47,242 nt of DNA from Thermoplasmata archaeon (GTDB lineage Archaea; Thermoplasmatota; Thermoplasmata; Lutacidiplasmatales; UBA184), in assembly GCA_021828085.1 (NCBI GenBank), contig JAKATE010000001.1:1-47242 (forward strand). The letters run 5' to 3'. Both the position numbers and the translations under genes were made by a program. Of this stretch, positions 47,027 to 47,242 are shown in pieces. How positions within the stretch are numbered: position 1 is the stretch's first letter; each line of letters starts with the position of its first letter. The notes under the pieces were generated by a model. That model worked only from the letters and a program-made list of their open reading frames with translations. It did not search any database and had not been told where the DNA came from.

Positions 47027-47242
47027 CTACCTTCCCGCCGCCGTGGCGGAGGGCGGGGAAGACTGTGGGGGAACGTACCGGAGCAGGAGCACGCCCTCCA
47101 CGGCCGCCCAGAGGAGCACGGGGGCGAGGATGAGCCGTTCCATCCCCCCTACCTGGAGCGGACCGTAGGTTCCCGCGGCGAAGAGTCCGACGGCCACGAG
47201 ACCGACGGCACCGGAGAGGACGGAGTAGATCTCCAGATCGGA
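47027..47242 (-). CDS. Partial membrane protein (3' end), DUF998-like
   Basis: SDLEIYSVLSGAVGLVAVGLFAAGTYGPLQVGGMERLILAPVLLWAAVEG...stop; the GGMERL..P.L.W pattern resembles the DUF998 C-terminus. Confidence 0.7.
   Translation of the reverse strand, partial: SDLEIYSVLSGAVGLVAVGLFAAGTYGPLQVGGMERLILAPVLLWAAVEGVLLLRYVPPQSSPPSATAAGR

Overview
Very GC-rich (~70%) chromosomal segment of an archaeon. This is inferred from AT-rich TATA boxes ~25-30 nt before apparently leaderless start codons, archaeal-type TrpRS, single-OB-fold SSB, Sua5 and Lrp/AsnC proteins; Thermoplasmata is the most plausible lineage. Bases 1-36,600 are mostly housekeeping and metabolic genes: end of a heme-copper oxidase cluster (coxA with an unusual ~255-aa N-terminal extension, half-size ctaA, ctaB), MFS, GNAT, NDP-sugar synthase, class-III aminotransferase/Zn-dehydrogenase/lsrF-like cluster, LysO exporter, PadR-ABC exporter with a clear tandem operator, aquaporin, a solo PD-(D/E)XK nuclease, a variant CuA-like cupredoxin, purEK, sua5, icd, HAD, TrxR-like, carAB, truA, Gly-tailed SSB, glnA with a divergent Lrp, and trpS. 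The standout is a tightly coupled ~9.7-kb operon (36,749-46,493): a 1,782-aa sequon-rich PKD/Ig-repeat surface protein with a cytoplasmic wHTH-like tail, a VirB2/TrbC-like pilin, a VirB6/TrbL-like membrane protein, a PrgI/VirB3-like protein, a 4-TM protein without a canonical start, and a VirB4-like ATPase. No relaxase, coupling protein or integrase is present in the window. It looks like a domesticated, chromosomal T4SS-like (Ced/Ted-analogous) cell-contact/DNA-exchange system. No rRNA, tRNA, CRISPR array or IS element was recognised. All family assignments come from motif recognition by eye, not from database searches.
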